Positions 60,721-64,000 of a DNA stretch of 64,000 bases are shown piece by piece. The number at the start of each line of letters is the position of its first letter. The stretch's first letter is position 1. Location: contig NC_068993.1 of the NCBI RefSeq assembly GCF_001194135.2, forward strand, positions 54,352,346 to 54,416,345. The letters are read 5' to 3'. This DNA comes from Octopus bimaculoides (taxonomy: Eukaryota). The notes under the pieces were generated by a model that saw nothing but the letters and a program-made list of their open reading frames with translations, ran no database searches and had not been told where the DNA came from. Both the position numbers and the translations under genes were made by a program.

Positions 60721-61072
60721 ATAAATAAAAGTTACAAAAATTTAGAAAGAAAAGAATTAAAAAAAAGGAAAGAATAAAAGTGAAAAATAAAATATGGAAT
60801 CCTCATTCTCGTCAGATAACAGTTGCTTTAAAAGTGCCCAATTTTGTTTAATCCTTCCAGTTTTAGTGGGCAGAGATATGTATTTAATGTGTCCCATCTC
60901 CCACCCGAACCTTGTATGTATCCCAGAGAGTTTGTCGTTGATCTTAGGTGACATAGAATAAGCAATTTACTATACTCTGTCTTCAGAACATGAACATACA
61001 ACCTATAAATTCTAATATTTTATCCACTTGACCATTTCGTCTTTACTTTCTTTTGAATTATCTAAAATAATG

Positions 61073-61430
61073 TGGAGGCACAATGGCCCAGTGGTTAGGG
61101 CAGCGGACTCGCAATCATAGGATCGCAGTTTCAATTCCCAGACCGGGTGTTGTGAGTGTTTATTGAGCGAAAACACCTAAAAACTCCACGAGGCTCCAGC
61201 AGGGGTTGGTGGCGAACCCTGTTGTACTCTTTTACCACAACTTTCTCTCACTCTTTCTTCCTGTTGCTGTTGTGCCTGTAATTCAAAGGGCCAGCCTTGT
61301 CACACTCTGTGTCACACTGAATCTCCCTGAGAACTACGTTAAGGGTACACGTGTCTGTGGAGTGCTCAGCCACTTGCACGTTAATTTCACTAGCAGGCTG
61401 TTCCATTAATCGGATCAACTGGAACCGACG
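61073..61430 (+). mobile_element. tRNA-derived SINE (second family)
   Basis: Head GGCGCAATGGCCCAGTGGTTAGGG-like; body shared with 3241-3536. Confidence 0.75.
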
Positions 61431-62052
61431 GAGTGCCACGAACTAAAATAATAAATTATAAAACAGGTACAACACCTACTTTTTGGACACAGATGTCCCG
61501 GAACCCATCATAATCTGCACTAATTTATAAGCAGAAACTTCAGATTCATGTAACCAACAGATTAGTTTACTGGTACCTTGTATAGACTAGTATCTTGCAC
61601 AATATGATATTAATAAATTTGTATCATTTATACTAATGCACTTGATTTTATCTAGTTTAGAAGGATGACTGGTAACGTTGACTTCAGTAGAGCTTGAAGT
61701 CAGAATGAAACAAGACATAACTAAAAACTGCAAAGAATTTTGTCTGGCATTCCATTAATTCTACCATTCACAACCGTGGTTGTTTTACCCTAGTACTCTA
61801 CTGATTCCACCACTGACAACTTTGGCATTTGACACTTTACCAATTCTACTATCCACAACCCTAGCATTCTACTAATTCTACCATTCTGTAACCCTTAATA
61901 ATGGAAAAAAATTCTGATTAAAATTGGTTTTTGGTGGTGAAAATTTGTGTTTATGAAATTTTAATTCTGATGGAAATAAACTGTTCATGTTGGCCGAACT
62001 GGGATGATACTGAGCGGTCTTCATGCCTGTCTCCACATTATTTATATAATCA

Positions 62053-62280
62053 CTGTGAAGGCGCTTGGCCTAGTGGTTAGACTGTTGCACTCATGAGCAG
62101 AAGATTGTGGTTTCAATTCCCAGACTGGGTGGTGCATTGTGTTCTTGAGCAAAACTCTTTGTTTCATGTTGCTCTACAATCACTTCAGTATCGAATGTGT
62201 GGTACACCATGCACCTGTACAGGTAATGTTGATTTGATGGAGGGAATGAGCTAATGTACACCACGGACATTTGATCACTT
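62053..62280 (+). mobile_element. tRNA-derived SINE
   Basis: Head GGCGCTTGGCCTAGTGGTTAG..GGTTTCAATTCCC. Confidence 0.65.
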
Positions 62281-62769
62281 TGATTTGTTTAAAATCATCT
62301 GTGTTTATTGCTCACCAAGAAATTGTGGAATCCTCAACTGCTTTCTATTTCAGAAGAGTTCACCACATATCACTAAGAGGGAGCTGGTCACAACCAATAA
62401 ATGAAACATTGATTTCCTATATTATAGCAAGGTTGTGGATTTATAAGGGAGTAGAAAGCCGGGGCTGAAGGGGAGAGATTAATGACCATCTTCGTCAATG
62501 GCATTAACGATGTAAGTCACTGTTGGATGCTACAAATGGTTTCCACTGGGTTTGAAACACACTTCTGTAGGTTCTACTGCTTCAGAACTTGTCTACAGGC
62601 ATCACCACATGAAATGATAATAATAATATTAATAATAATAATAATAATAATAATAGTAGTAGTTTTTATTGTAAATGTTTCCATTTTATTTGGAATTAAA
62701 AAACAAACAAGCAAATTTTTTTTTTTTTTGTTCTGAGAATATCTACAAATATAAGTTTTAGAACATTCC

Positions 62770-63365
62770 ATACTGTACAGTACTGTACTGACCATGATTA
62801 TACTGCACTATCAACCAACTCTGCACTATTGTCAACAGCTTCACTATACTGTCAATAACCCTACTGTACTATCAATAACTCTGCTGTACAGTCAACTTTA
62901 CTCTGTTGTCAATAATCCTGCTGTACTATATTATTAATAACATTACTGTCAATAACTCAACTGTACTGTTAATGACTACTGTAATGTCAATAATTCTGCT
63001 GTACTGTATTGTCAACAAATCCATTGTAATGTCAATGACTCTAACTGTATAACTCTGTTGTCAACAACTCCCTCTACTATATATTCTCACTACTTCTACT
63101 GTAAAAGTCTGCCTATAGCTCAACAGGCCATGAATAACTGCTGCATTGCACTGTCAATGACTTTATTGTATAGTTCTGTCAGTGTAGTCTCCTGTACTGT
63201 CAAAACAGTTGACTGTACTGTCAAGAACCATCCACTGTACTGTCAATACTATCTACTGTACTATCAAAGACATTTAGTGTCACACTTCTATGATACTAAA
63301 CTGTCAATACCTCTATGTATACTGCAGTGTACTGTTAATGCCTCTTTTGTACTGTACTGGAAATT
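62770..63365. repeat. Degenerate ACTGTCAATAAC/TACTGT array
   Basis: Recurring CTGTCAA and TACTGT units. Confidence 0.75.
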
Positions 63366-64000
63366 AATTACAAAATATTTAACAAAACACAAAACAACAT
63401 TAACAACAAAAAGAAAAAAAGAAATAAAAGAAAAGTTTTGTTTGAAAGAAAACAAAAGTAAACAAAAAAAAAACAAGAAAAACTGAAGAAACCATTATAT
63501 ATATATGCATATTTGTGTGTGTGTATGTGAGTGAATATATATATGTGTGTGTGTATGTATCAGTATGGCTAGTGTGTATATCTCTTCATATCTGTTTGTT
63601 CAGTTAAAACATGACGGAAAGATAATTCTTTCACTTTCTAACGAAACTGCTATGTCAACAAGAAGGAAGAATATATATCTATATAACGTTTCCTATGATA
63701 AATGTAATGGAGGGACAGTGAGTCACACGTTTCTGTGTCTTTGATAAGCCATCATCGGAGCAAGGGTGATTGTGTTTGTCTTGGAGAAATAACTTACAGG
63801 TGAACGGAAATCGATCGAAGATAGATACTCGAATATTTGGTCGAAACCACGTTGAAACGAGTCTGTTGAGTGGTGAAAAAGGGAGTATTGTAACAACGTG
63901 AAATACACTCCGATGATGCCCCAAACTTGTTCAGTCCTTCCATAACAGTTAACTTAAGGGCATTAAGAATACAGACTTTCCTCCAAATTATCAGCAGTTT

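Overview
AT-rich, microsatellite- and transposon-dense eukaryotic genomic DNA with nine N-gaps. The repeat repertoire suggests a mollusc, most likely Octopus (inference). The left third holds the 5' part of a minus-strand KIDINS220/ARMS gene: 18 coding exons from the ATG at 18097 down to 478, about 934 codons, continuing off the left edge. All splice sites are GT-AG with consistent phases. The exons encode 11 ankyrin repeats (ten on consecutive 99-bp phase-0 exons), then a KAP-family P-loop NTPase with inserted transmembrane helices. The rest is intronic/intergenic: tRNA-derived SINEs, RTE/CR1 LINE remnants, a Tc1 with intact TIRs, a Penelope-like RT remnant, MITEs and satellites. Two things stand out. 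(1) A tandem pair of long intronless minus-strand ORFs (42144-43277 and 49397-50914) shares an ungapped 137-aa domain I do not recognise (81/137 identical by hand count), plus a separate identical 10-aa motif whose codons differ only at synonymous sites. (2) Several structurally different minimal type-I hammerhead-ribozyme-like motifs occur (canonical, U3-A8, U4C and A6U cores), including one inside a tRNA-headed SINE and an inverted pair in a foldback. Repeat boundaries are approximate; family names rest on motif recognition, not database searches.
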